Part shown: positions 8,782 to 17,633 of the stretch, piece after piece | Layout of the letters: each line of letters starts with the position of its first letter | How positions within the stretch are numbered: position 1 is the stretch's first letter | Assembly (NCBI GenBank): GCA_045644145.1 | Contig: JAZRGK010000080.1 | Span: forward strand, 65,407 to 129,406 | DNA length: 64,000 nt | Direction: 5' to 3' | DNA from: Candidatus Flemingiibacterium sp. | GTDB lineage: Bacteria > Bacillota > Clostridia > Oscillospirales > CAG-272 | Notes under the pieces: generated by a model | Told to the model about the DNA's origin: nothing | Seen by the model: only the letters and a program-made list of their open reading frames with translations | Database searches by the model: none | Position numbers and translations under genes: made by a program

Positions 8782-10083
8782 ATGAGATCTTTTGAAAAAA
8801 GCAATGCACTTCTCGAAAGAGAAATCAAAGTAGCCCCTCTTGCTGCACAGACATTCAGTAAGAGCTACCGCTATTTCGTTCCCGGCAGTTCCCCTATGTA
8901 TATTGATCACGGTGAAGGCTCAAAACTTTATGATGTTGATGGCAACGAATTCATCGACTTTATTTGCAGCCTTGGCCCGATTACTCTCGGTTACAACCAT
9001 CCTGAAGTAAACAAGGCGGTTATTGAGCAGCTTAACAAGGGTATTATTTTCTCCACACAGGCGCCCGTAGAGTGCGAGCTGGCAGAAAAGCTTGTTGAGA
9101 TTATTCCCTGTGCAGAAATGGTTAAGTTTGTTAAGAACGGCGGCGATGCAACTACCGCTGCTATCAGACTTGCAAGAGCATATACCGGTCGTGAGCGTGT
9201 AGCAATGTGCGGTTACCACGGTATGCACGACTGGTCCATCGGTGCTTCCGCAAACTACAAGGGTGTTCCGGAGTGCGTTCGCGAGCTTACCAAAACCTTC
9301 AAGTACAATGACATTGCTTCCCTCGAGGAAGTTCTCAGTGCACATCCCGGCGAATATGCGGCAATTATCATGGAGCCTATTCAGTCCACCGGTACTACCA
9401 AGGAATATCTCCAGGCTGTTGTTGACACCGCGCATAAGCATGGCGCTGTAGCTATCTTCGACGAGGTAGTAAGCGGATTCAGATATGCTCTTGGCGGCGG
9501 AAGTGAATATTACGGTGTAACTCCCGATATGGCATCCTACGGTAAGGGCTGTGCAAACGGTATGCCTATTTCCTTCGTTGCAGGTAAGAAGGAGATCATC
9601 AGTCTTATCGAAACTCAGGGCGTATTTATCTCCCACACCTTCGGCGGCGATGCTATCTCTCTTGCCGGTGCGCTTGCAACCATTAAGGTGATGCAGGAAA
9701 ACGATGTGTTTGGTCATGCATGGCGTCTTGGTAAGATCGCAATGGACGGTCTTGTGGCGCTTGTTGAAAAGCACGGTGTAGGTGCAGCTGTTTCTGTAAG
9801 CGGCATTGATCCTCACTGCGGAGTTGCATTTGAGGATGTTGGCTCCCTTAATTACCTTGATATCAACACTATTTACTCTAAGACTATGCTTGAAAACGGC
9901 ATTCTCTGCCATGCATACATCAATATTTGTTTTGCTCACACAGAGGAAGACATAAAGAAGTTCCTCGATGCTGCTGACAAGGCATTTGCACTTATCAAGA
10001 AAGCAATCGACAGCGATAGTGTAGAGGGAATTCTTGAGGACGGCGTAAGAGTTAACCCCATTTTCAAGAGAAACATTAAATAA
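8782..10083 (+). CDS. Class-III PLP-dependent aminotransferase (glutamate-1-semialdehyde aminomutase-like)
   Basis: 433 aa. Motifs seen: GPITLGYNHP, FDEVVSGFR, SYGKGCANGMP (candidate PLP lysine). RBS aaggagag upstream. Confidence 0.8.
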   Translation: MRSFEKSNALLEREIKVAPLAAQTFSKSYRYFVPGSSPMYIDHGEGSKLYDVDGNEFIDFICSLGPITLGYNHPEVNKAVIEQLNKGIIFSTQAPVECELAEKLVEIIPCAEMVKFVKNGGDATTAAIRLARAYTGRERVAMCGYHGMHDWSIGASANYKGVPECVRELTKTFKYNDIASLEEVLSAHPGEYAAIIMEPIQSTGTTKEYLQAVVDTAHKHGAVAIFDEVVSGFRYALGGGSEYYGVTPDMASYGKGCANGMPISFVAGKKEIISLIETQGVFISHTFGGDAISLAGALATIKVMQENDVFGHAWRLGKIAMDGLVALVEKHGVGAAVSVSGIDPHCGVAFEDVGSLNYLDINTIYSKTMLENGILCHAYINICFAHTEEDIKKFLDAADKAFALIKKAIDSDSVEGILEDGVRVNPIFKRNIK

Positions 10084-10121
10084 TGCAACCGTGTACGTTA
10101 CATAACGTACAAAACCCAAAG

Positions 10122-10158
10122 AAAGCTCTCTCCGCAAGCTCGGAGAGAGCTTTTTTCT
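10122..10158 (+). terminator. Intrinsic terminator after the aminotransferase gene
   Basis: aaagctctctccg / cggagagagcttt stem followed by TTTT. Confidence 0.75.
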
Positions 10159-10185
10159 GTAAAAAATACGAAAGGTTATTTTTTT

Positions 10186-10256
10186 GCGCATACTTGTTGA
10201 CATTTCAACAAGTATGCGCTATAATATAATCAACTTGTTGAAACATCAACAAGTTG
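10186..10256 (+). promoter_or_regulatory. Consensus promoter overlapped by two palindromic operators (putative MarR autoregulation sites)
   Basis: TTGACA (10197-10202), 17 nt, TATAAT (10220-10225). IR1 has 15-bp perfect arms at 10186-10200 and 10205-10219. IR2 has 11-bp perfect arms at 10231-10241 and 10246-10256. Both share the core ACTTGTTGA-N4-TCAACAAGT. Confidence 0.75.
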
Positions 10257-10269
10257 AAGGGGGAATAAC

Positions 10270-10734
10270 ATGACGGAACGGTTTGAAATGTTTACGGTGC
10301 TTATTGCGAAGATAAGCAGAAATATCCGAAAGATAAAAAATCAGGAAATGGCGGAATATGGGCTCAGAAGCTCGCATATATCATGTTTATATTATCTTTA
10401 TTGCGCTAGTTCACTGACAGCAACAGAGCTTTGTGACAAATGCGAGGAGGACAAGGCAACCATATCCCGTTCTCTTGATTATCTTGAAAAGAACGGATAT
10501 CTTAAGAGCGAAGTTCAGTGTGCCAAGCGTTATAAGACTCCGCTTATGCTTACTGAAAAGGGCATAGAAGCAGGCAAAAGGATATCGGATAAGATAAATG
10601 CTGTTTTGGACGAAATAAGTACGGAGCTGACGGAGGAAGATCGATCTCAGTTTTATCGCAGTCTTGCGGTGATCAGTGACGGACTTGAAACGATTTGCAG
10701 CCGCCAAGATGCGGTACGGGAGGAACATAAGTGA
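10270..10734 (+). CDS. MarR-family transcriptional regulator
   Basis: 154 aa with a winged-helix region (LTATELCDKCEEDKATISRSLDYLEKNGYL). Its stop overlaps the start of the DegV gene. Confidence 0.85.
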   Translation: MTERFEMFTVLIAKISRNIRKIKNQEMAEYGLRSSHISCLYYLYCASSLTATELCDKCEEDKATISRSLDYLEKNGYLKSEVQCAKRYKTPLMLTEKGIEAGKRISDKINAVLDEISTELTEEDRSQFYRSLAVISDGLETICSRQDAVREEHK

Positions 10735-11567
10735 GAAAGATGAAAATTGTCGCAGACTCATCCTGCGATCTGTTTAACCTTGAGAATACCGAATTTGCAA
10801 CTGCACCTATGAAGGTGATCACTTCGGAGAGGGAATTTGTTGATGATGAGTCACTGGATGCGGCGGTAATGGTTTCTTTTCTTGACAAATATAAGGGAAA
10901 ATCCAAATCGTCATGCCCTAATACTAACGATTGGATAAGAGCTTTCGGAGATGCGGACGATATTTTTTGCGTTACTATAACAAGCGGCCTGTCAGGAAGC
11001 TACAACTCTGCCTGCACCGCAAAACAGATATACGAATCGGAAAATCAGGGTAAACGTGTTTTCGTTATAGATTCGCTTTCCGCAGGTCCGGAAATGACCT
11101 TGATCGTGGAAAAGCTTGAAGCGTGCATAGCAGCAGAGATGGCATATGAAGATATCTGCGATGAAATCACAGCATATCATCAGAGAACGGGACTTCTCTT
11201 TATGCTCAAGTCCCTCAAAACCTTTGCTAATAATGGCAGAGTTTCTCCCGTTGTTGCAAGTCTTGCCGGTATGGCAGGAATATGCGTTGTGGGAAAAGCA
11301 AGCGAAGAAGGCACCCTTCAGCCGCTCCACAAGTGCAGAGGTGAGCGCAAATCCCTTAGTGCCATTGCAGACGAGCTTGAAAATGAAGGCTTTGTTTCCG
11401 GTAAAATCAGTATCGGACACTGCGAAAATGAGCAAGGGGCATTACAGTTAAAAGAACTGCTCCTTGCCAAATTCGGGGATGTTCCGACGGAAATACATAA
11501 ATTCAGAGGGCTTTGCAGTTTCTACGCCGAAAAGGGTGGAGTTCTTGTGGGTTTCGAAAAGGGTTAA
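10731..11567 (+). CDS. DegV-family fatty-acid-binding protein
   Basis: 278 aa. MKIVADSSCDL N-terminus and ITSGLSGSYNSA motif. GTG start with GGGAGGAA 7 nt upstream; an alternative ATG lies at 10740. Confidence 0.85.
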   Translation: MRKMKIVADSSCDLFNLENTEFATAPMKVITSEREFVDDESLDAAVMVSFLDKYKGKSKSSCPNTNDWIRAFGDADDIFCVTITSGLSGSYNSACTAKQIYESENQGKRVFVIDSLSAGPEMTLIVEKLEACIAAEMAYEDICDEITAYHQRTGLLFMLKSLKTFANNGRVSPVVASLAGMAGICVVGKASEEGTLQPLHKCRGERKSLSAIADELENEGFVSGKISIGHCENEQGALQLKELLLAKFGDVPTEIHKFRGLCSFYAEKGGVLVGFEKG

Positions 11568-11607
11568 ATTCTGCTTGGATATTTCCGTAACAGTGATATT
11601 TGAATCT

Positions 11608-11636
11608 GCCGCAGCAATCGATTGCTGCGGCTTTTG
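11608..11636 (+). terminator. Intrinsic terminator after the MarR-DegV operon
   Basis: Perfect palindrome gccgcagcaatc/gattgctgcggc followed by TTTT. Confidence 0.8.
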
Positions 11637-11748
11637 GTTATGAGAAAAAGACAAGAAATGTAGCAGTTTTATTCGGCGCTGTCATTGACAACGAACACTT
11701 TATCATGGTATAATGAACTTAGAAGAAAATTTTCCCATGGAGGTTGAA

Positions 11749-13077
11749 ATGCCAAAAAAATTTGTTCCCGTATTTATAATGTATTTTGTGATCATGGCAT
11801 TCTCCGTTAATGCGTACTTAGCGGCAGAACATATAGGGAAATTTATTGCTGTCCCCATTTCTCTTTTTTTGCTTATCAATATGTTCGGCGGATATCTGTT
11901 TTTGCAATCTGATTCCAAAAGGCTGAAAATTTGTTTCCACGGAGCAGTGCTTCTGCAGCTTTTTCGGTTGACGCTTACCGTATGCATTGCATATCATGCG
12001 ATTCTGGCGGTCATTCTGCTTCCGGATAACGGACGGGCACTTTTATGGAGTGCGGTTTGGTGCTATCTTTTCGAGCTTGTGCTGTTCTGGAACGGAATCA
12101 TATGTGTTTACCTGACATCCGTACAGCTTGGCATAAAGCAGCGCGTTATCGGAATCGTATGCGGTATGATACCGATTGCAAACCTTATTGCGCTTCGTAT
12201 GATAGTAAAAACGGTCTTTAAGGAAGTTGCTTTTGAAACAGAGAAAGAACGTGTAAATAGGGAGCGTGCCTCGGAACAAATCTGCAAAACCAAATACCCG
12301 TTACTGATGGTGCACGGTGTCTTTTTCAGAGATTCCAACTATTTCAATTATTGGGGGCGGATTCCCGGAGAGCTTTTAAGAAACGGAGCTACTGTATATT
12401 ACGGCAACCATCAGTCCGCGGCATCCGTGGCTGACAGCGCAGATGAGCTTGCAGGACGGATAAAAGAGATTATAAAGGAAACGGGCTGTGAAAAGGTAAA
12501 TATAATTGCTCACTCTAAGGGCGGGCTCGACTGTCGGTATGCCTTGGCACATACGGATATTGCCCCATATGTAGCATCAATTACAACCATAAATACACCC
12601 CATCAAGGGTGTCTGTTCGCGGATTATCTACTTAAAAACATCCCCGAGGGATTAAAAAATAAAGTAGCGGATGCATATAATACCACATTAAAAACATTTG
12701 GTGATGCAAACCCGGATTTTCTTACAGCTGCAGGCGACCTTACAGCATCGGCTTGTAAGGCTTTTAACGAAACCGTAGAGATGCCGGAGGGGGTATTTGC
12801 TCAAAGCTTCGGCTCAAAGCTGAACAGAGCCGGAAGCGGAAAATTCCCACTTAATTTCTCTTACCATCTTGTAAAGCATTTTGACGGCGCAAATGACGGG
12901 CTTGTAAGCGAAAATTCGTTTGAATGGGGCAGCAGATACCGTATGCTTACGGCTCCCGGAAAGCGTGGTATTTCACACGGTGATATGATCGACTTGAACA
13001 GAGAAAATATTGAAGGATTTGATGTGCGCGAATTTTATGTAGAGCTTGTAAGTGAACTGAAAAAATCCGGATTTTGA
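11749..13077 (+). CDS. Membrane-anchored alpha/beta-hydrolase (class-2 lipase/esterase-like)
   Basis: The start was trimmed to the ATG at 11749, after GGAGGT. The N-terminal ~180 aa contain several hydrophobic TM segments. The C-terminal domain has LLMVHGVFF and the nucleophile elbow AHSKGG. Confidence 0.75.
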   Translation: MPKKFVPVFIMYFVIMAFSVNAYLAAEHIGKFIAVPISLFLLINMFGGYLFLQSDSKRLKICFHGAVLLQLFRLTLTVCIAYHAILAVILLPDNGRALLWSAVWCYLFELVLFWNGIICVYLTSVQLGIKQRVIGIVCGMIPIANLIALRMIVKTVFKEVAFETEKERVNRERASEQICKTKYPLLMVHGVFFRDSNYFNYWGRIPGELLRNGATVYYGNHQSAASVADSADELAGRIKEIIKETGCEKVNIIAHSKGGLDCRYALAHTDIAPYVASITTINTPHQGCLFADYLLKNIPEGLKNKVADAYNTTLKTFGDANPDFLTAAGDLTASACKAFNETVEMPEGVFAQSFGSKLNRAGSGKFPLNFSYHLVKHFDGANDGLVSENSFEWGSRYRMLTAPGKRGISHGDMIDLNRENIEGFDVREFYVELVSELKKSGF

Positions 13078-13127
13078 AAACTTGTCTTAATAGGACAATA
13101 TTTATTCAAATAAGTCCGCTTGTGCTA

Positions 13128-13157
13128 TTGACATCCCGCAAAAACGCATGATATAAT
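13128..13157 (+). promoter_or_regulatory. Near-consensus promoter of the first BNR gene
   Basis: TTGACA (13128-13133), an 18-nt spacer, then TGaTATAAT (extended -10, TATAAT at 13152-13157). Confidence 0.65.
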
Positions 13158-13199
13158 TACCGTAATCGAAGAACAAAAGTTAAGGGAGAATATATACTT

Positions 13200-14309
13200 A
13201 TGAAAATTATATCCATTGGCGCTCCTGAACTTGTTATGCAGAATCCTGACAGCAGACACGGATATTTTGCATGGCCTACCGCGGCAAGACTCCAGAACGG
13301 TAAGATTGCGGTAGTTGCATCAGGTTACCGTTTGTTCCATGTATGCCCCTTCGGTAAGACTGTAATCTCCTACAGTGAGGATGATGGCAAAACCTATACT
13401 ATTCCGGCACCGGTGTTTGACACACCTCTTGATGACCGTGACGGCGGTATCCTTCCTTTCGGTAAAACGGGGGTTATTGTGACTTCCTTTAACAATACCG
13501 TAGCCGCTCAGCGCGGATGGGCTGAGGGATGGGCAAAGCGCAACAATTTAAAGGACTATGTAGATGCTTATCTTGATACTGTCAAGCCTGAGGATGAGGA
13601 AAAATATCTCGGATCCAGCTTCCGCATCAGTAATGACTGCGGAGTGACATTCGGCCCTATCTATAAGTGCCCCATTTCTTCGCCTCACGGCCCATGCGAG
13701 CTTCCGGATGGAACTATCCTTTGGGTAGGCAGAACCTTCTCTGATGACGGAGAGGCGAATGGCGGTAAGGAGCTTATTAAGGCGTACAAAATAAATCTTG
13801 ACGGAACTTCCGAGCTCGTAGGCGAGATCGAACCTATCTATGTCAACGGAGAGCTTGTAGCCTCCGAGGAGCCGTATGCGTTTGCTCTTGCTGACGGAAC
13901 GATAATTTGCCATATCCGTGCGGAGATCGGCTCACCCAAAAGACTGTTCACCATATTCCAGTCTGTATCCACCGATGGCGGCAAAACCTGGTCGAAACCG
14001 GTACAGCTTCTTGATACGTTCGGCGGTGCGCCTGCGCATATTATGCAGCACTCATCCGGCGCTCTTATTTCCGTTTACGGCGACAGACAGGCGCCCTTCT
14101 ACATCAAGGCTATGATCAGCCTTGACGGCGGCAAGACATGGGATACAGATCATGCGATATACGAAAACGGCATCAGCGCGGATATAGGATATCCTTCAAC
14201 TGTAGAGATGCCGGACGGCTCGCTTCTTACTATCTTTTATGCTGTTCCGGAAAAGGGCGGTACACATCGCACTGTTATTATGCAGCAGAGATGGAAGTTC
14301 GAGATTTAA
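13200..14309 (+). CDS. BNR/Asp-box beta-propeller protein (sialidase-like, no signal peptide)
   Basis: 369 aa. Asp-box motifs SEDDGKTY, SNDCGVTF, STDGGKTWS and SLDGGKTWD. No N-terminal hydrophobic leader. Confidence 0.75.
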   Translation: MKIISIGAPELVMQNPDSRHGYFAWPTAARLQNGKIAVVASGYRLFHVCPFGKTVISYSEDDGKTYTIPAPVFDTPLDDRDGGILPFGKTGVIVTSFNNTVAAQRGWAEGWAKRNNLKDYVDAYLDTVKPEDEEKYLGSSFRISNDCGVTFGPIYKCPISSPHGPCELPDGTILWVGRTFSDDGEANGGKELIKAYKINLDGTSELVGEIEPIYVNGELVASEEPYAFALADGTIICHIRAEIGSPKRLFTIFQSVSTDGGKTWSKPVQLLDTFGGAPAHIMQHSSGALISVYGDRQAPFYIKAMISLDGGKTWDTDHAIYENGISADIGYPSTVEMPDGSLLTIFYAVPEKGGTHRTVIMQQRWKFEI

Positions 14310-14340
14310 TATGTTTTCTTTGATTCGCGCTTGTGTTTGG

Positions 14341-14379
14341 GGTGTACATGCTCTTTTGGAGCATGTACACCTCAGTTTT
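14341..14379 (+). terminator. Intrinsic terminator between the BNR paralogues
   Basis: ggtgtacatgctc / gagcatgtacacc stem followed by a T-run. Confidence 0.75.
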
Positions 14380-14439
14380 GTTAGTGGGCGCAGTATTTTG
14401 CGTACATTGTGAATTTTGTAAGTATTTCTTCGTAAGTGC

Positions 14440-14468
14440 TTGACAGCGCTTCGCGATGTCTGTATAAT
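14440..14468 (+). promoter_or_regulatory. Consensus promoter of the second BNR gene
   Basis: TTGACA (14440-14445), 17 nt, TATAAT (14463-14468). Confidence 0.7.
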
Positions 14469-14551
14469 AATATTACTCCCTCCCGCGATCAGATCATCGG
14501 GAACACAAACGGTAATAGGGAGATGTTTATGTTCTGGAAAGGAATAGCATT

Positions 14552-15667
14552 ATGAAAATCACGACTATCGGCGCTCCCGAAATTATCATGCAAAACCCTT
14601 ACAGCAGACACAAATATTTTGCATGGCCCACGATAACAAGACTTCAGAACGGCAAGCTTGCGGTAATTGCTTCCGGTTACCGTCTTTACCATGTATGCCC
14701 TTTTGGTAAGACCGTACTTTCCTATAGCGAGGACGAAGGAAAAACATGGACTATCCCCGCTCCCGTTATTGATACCGTGCTTGATGACCGTGACGGCGGT
14801 ATCATGACATTTGGCAAGAGCGGCGTGCTTGTTTCATCCTTTAACAATACATTTGCTATACAGCGCGAGTGGGCTAAGGGCTGGGCTGTAAAGATGAACG
14901 TTAAGGAATATGTGGACGGCTATCTTGATATTTCAAATGAGGAAGATCAGGACAAATACCTCGGCCCTACATTCCGTATAAGCAATGATTGCGGTGTAAC
15001 CTTTGGTGACATTCACAAGTGTCCCGTAACCTCTCCCCACGGCCCCTGCGAGCTTAAGGACGGCACTATTCTGTGGGTAGGCAGAATGTTCAGTAAGGAC
15101 AATGCTGTTAATGAAGGAGAAGAAATTCGGTCGTATAAGGTGAACCTTGACGGAAGCTGCGAATATCTCGGCGCTATCGAAAGTATTGAGATAAACGGTG
15201 AAAAGATGCTCTCCTGTGAGCCTCATGCCTTTGCACTTGATGACGGTACGGTTATTTGCCATATCCGAGTGCAGTCTATCCGCAATACGGATCTGATCAC
15301 CTCCAACACATTTACCATATTCCAGTCCATCTCTCAGGACGGCGGAAAGACCTGGTCAAAGCCCGAACAGATTCTTGCAACTCGCGGCGGAGCGCCGGCT
15401 CACATTATGAAGCATTCCTCAGGTGTCCTGATCTCTGCTTACGGTTACCGTGACATGCCTTTCGGCATAAAGGTGATGATAAGTACCGATAACGGCAAGA
15501 CTTGGGATGTTGATCATGACATCTACAAAAACGAAATAAGTCCTGATATCGGCTATCCCGCAACGGTGGAGCTTGAGGACGGTTCGCTACTTACGGTGTT
15601 CTACGCTATCCCTGAAAATGGAATGCCTGCTGTTATCATGCAGCAGAGATGGAAGCTGGAAGCCTAA
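14552..15667 (+). CDS. BNR/Asp-box beta-propeller protein, paralogue of 13200-14309
   Basis: 371 aa and collinear with the upstream protein, roughly two-thirds identical by eye. Asp-boxes SEDEGKTW, SNDCGVTF, SQDGGKTWS and STDNGKTWD. Confidence 0.75.
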   Translation: MKITTIGAPEIIMQNPYSRHKYFAWPTITRLQNGKLAVIASGYRLYHVCPFGKTVLSYSEDEGKTWTIPAPVIDTVLDDRDGGIMTFGKSGVLVSSFNNTFAIQREWAKGWAVKMNVKEYVDGYLDISNEEDQDKYLGPTFRISNDCGVTFGDIHKCPVTSPHGPCELKDGTILWVGRMFSKDNAVNEGEEIRSYKVNLDGSCEYLGAIESIEINGEKMLSCEPHAFALDDGTVICHIRVQSIRNTDLITSNTFTIFQSISQDGGKTWSKPEQILATRGGAPAHIMKHSSGVLISAYGYRDMPFGIKVMISTDNGKTWDVDHDIYKNEISPDIGYPATVELEDGSLLTVFYAIPENGMPAVIMQQRWKLEA

Positions 15668-15770
15668 AGGCTTCAAGCTGGGAAGTTTTATGCTTCCGTG
15701 TCACGGACACGGATTTCCTGCGGAAACCACACAAAACGTCACGCATAGTGAAAATGAAAATACATTAAGA

Positions 15771-15805
15771 ATTGCGCCTGCGCTTTGCCGCAGGCGCAAT
15801 TTTGC
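15771..15805 (+). terminator. Intrinsic terminator after the second BNR gene
   Basis: ttgcgcctgcg / cgcaggcgcaa stem followed by TTTT. Confidence 0.75.
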
Positions 15806-15832
15806 TTGAAAAAACCGTACGCACGCAATAAT

Positions 15833-15865
15833 ATAATTGACATTGTGTCAATTATATGTTAAAAT
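15833..15865 (+). promoter_or_regulatory. Promoter with a palindromic operator, upstream of the TerB/ATPase/helicase operon
   Basis: TTGACA (15837-15842), 17 nt, TAAAAT (15860-15865). The palindrome ATAATTGACA-ttg-TGTCAATTAT (15833-15855) overlaps the -35 element. Confidence 0.6.
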
Positions 15866-15902
15866 AATATAATACCAAAATATACAGATGGGGGCGAAAT
15901 AA

Positions 15903-17633
15903 GTGGGCGATAAACCGAAAAATATGGCGGATGTTGATAATTTTTGGGATCTCGAATCCCTGCTTCCAAAGAAACGCCCCGTAAATCCGGGTGTCAGACG
16001 GTTAAATACCGATACGGTTGAAATATCCGTAGGCTCTGGCGATATCATTCCGGATAAAACTGCTCCCATACCGCCGCGCCGTGGCTCCGGTGCCATTTCG
16101 GAAATTTCCGGTAAAAAAGATGTGGCGCGCAGGCTTAATGAGCTTTCTATGCGCACAAGATCGGAGGAATATCGCTCAAAGCCTCTTGATCCGTACCTTA
16201 TATACGAGGCGAAGGACAGTCTTATAAGTCGTGTGGAGGTGTCTGCGTGGAGTTCACGCTTTAATTTTTACGAGAACTTCCTATCCGACGCCAAGCGGCT
16301 TTGGGGACGCGCCGGAGCGCCCTGCGACAATGTATCCTTCTTTTCATATGTCCCACAGTATTCACAGCTTAAATACGCACAGCTTAAGTGGTATCTTTGG
16401 TGGCGTGAAAACGTCCGTAACGGCGTATATCTGAAGACCGATTTTTGCTATATTCTTCTTTATATCTACGAGATCATCAACACGCCGGATGTTATGCCGC
16501 CGTCGGAAGGTGTGGAGAAGCTTTGCGATATCTGGCTTAATTATCGCACAGAGCATCGGCGTATTGACAGCTATATGTGCGACTGGCTGTGCGATTATTG
16601 CTTGATTCACGGCGTCCCTTGCCCGTTCAGGCGTCTTGAGCCGATTATTGGCGATATCGTTGAAACGGCAAGCCTTAAGGAATTTTATATTGATATAAGA
16701 AATGGGGACAGTGCAGCGAGGATTCTTGCATATTCCTCTGCCTACGACTGGCATAAGAGCCGGTATGTAACTCCCGAAAATGTGGGGTTGTTTGCCTATC
16801 ATATAAAAGCCGCCTTTGAAAAAGCCTACAGAGAAATACTTTCCGAAAAGGATGACAGCTTGGCAAAAGAATTCCGCATGGAGCGGACTGCATACGACGG
16901 CGCACTGTGTGTATACAGCCTGAAGCGTACCATAGCGGTGGAATATATATCTTATACACGTTCACCGAGATTCAGATTTGCGGTTACGGACATTATAAAA
17001 TACAGCGAAAACCGCATCCGTATGGCGCTTGGCATAAAATCAAGACTTAAGACGGAATCCCTTACGGATAAGCTAAAGGCGTGTCTTGATGCTTACTTTG
17101 ACGAGCATCTTCCGCCGCCCAAAAAGAGCAGGTCATCCGTATGCGCGGGTTCAGAGCCTGTAGTGCACGAATACGACAAGCTGTATGAGCCGGTGACATC
17201 ATCGCTTTCCCTTGAAAATGCACTGGAAATCGAAAAAAACTCATGGAGTACCACAGAAATACTTGTTTCCGCTTTTGATAATACAGGGAAAGTGGAAGCC
17301 CATGCGGAAGCTCCGACGCTAACCGAGGAATTGCCGCCTATACAGCCCACCGCGGAGAACATTTCTTCAGGTTCGGATTCATCCGATGAATTCGAAGCGT
17401 TTGTATCTTCCATTGATGATAAGATGAGAAATACGCTTAAAATGCTTGCAGAGGGTGATGGGCAGGCGCTTGCAAAATCGGCTCAGAAGTACGGCGTTTT
17501 AGTGGATGCTCTTGCTGACATGATAAACGAAGCGGCGTTTGATATTATAGGTGACAGTATTATCGAGGCGGACGGCGGCGCTTACAGATTTATTTCCGAT
17601 TACGAAGGAGATATTAAAAAATGGCTGAAATGA
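15903..17633 (+). CDS. sngA: TerB-N / TerB-C domain protein (Shango SngA-like)
   Basis: 576 aa with a GTG start after GGGGG; an alternative ATG lies at 15924. The central region has a TerB-N-type signature (FFSYVPQYSQLKYAQLKWYLWWRENVRNG...YILLYIYEIIN). The C-terminal ~120 aa are TerB-C-like (FVSSIDDKMRNTLKML...DALADMINEAAFDIIGDSII). Confidence 0.7.
   Translation: MGDKPKNMADVDNFWDLESLLPKKRPVNPGVRRLNTDTVEISVGSGDIIPDKTAPIPPRRGSGAISEISGKKDVARRLNELSMRTRSEEYRSKPLDPYLIYEAKDSLISRVEVSAWSSRFNFYENFLSDAKRLWGRAGAPCDNVSFFSYVPQYSQLKYAQLKWYLWWRENVRNGVYLKTDFCYILLYIYEIINTPDVMPPSEGVEKLCDIWLNYRTEHRRIDSYMCDWLCDYCLIHGVPCPFRRLEPIIGDIVETASLKEFYIDIRNGDSAARILAYSSAYDWHKSRYVTPENVGLFAYHIKAAFEKAYREILSEKDDSLAKEFRMERTAYDGALCVYSLKRTIAVEYISYTRSPRFRFAVTDIIKYSENRIRMALGIKSRLKTESLTDKLKACLDAYFDEHLPPPKKSRSSVCAGSEPVVHEYDKLYEPVTSSLSLENALEIEKNSWSTTEILVSAFDNTGKVEAHAEAPTLTEELPPIQPTAENISSGSDSSDEFEAFVSSIDDKMRNTLKMLAEGDGQALAKSAQKYGVLVDALADMINEAAFDIIGDSIIEADGGAYRFISDYEGDIKKWLK

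Noticed and set aside
8920-10203. 427-aa reverse-strand ORF opposite the class-III aminotransferase.
   Set aside because: The forward frame carries recognisable PLP-aminotransferase motifs, an RBS and a terminator. The reverse ORF runs through that terminator and has no recognisable features. It is an antisense shadow ORF.
13200-15667. The idea that the two BNR proteins are secreted sialidases, or part of the neighbouring defence operon.
   Set aside because: No signal peptide or anchor is visible and no FRIP motif was recognised. Each gene has its own promoter and terminator, and a terminator separates them from the TerB gene. No sequence evidence ties them to the defence locus.
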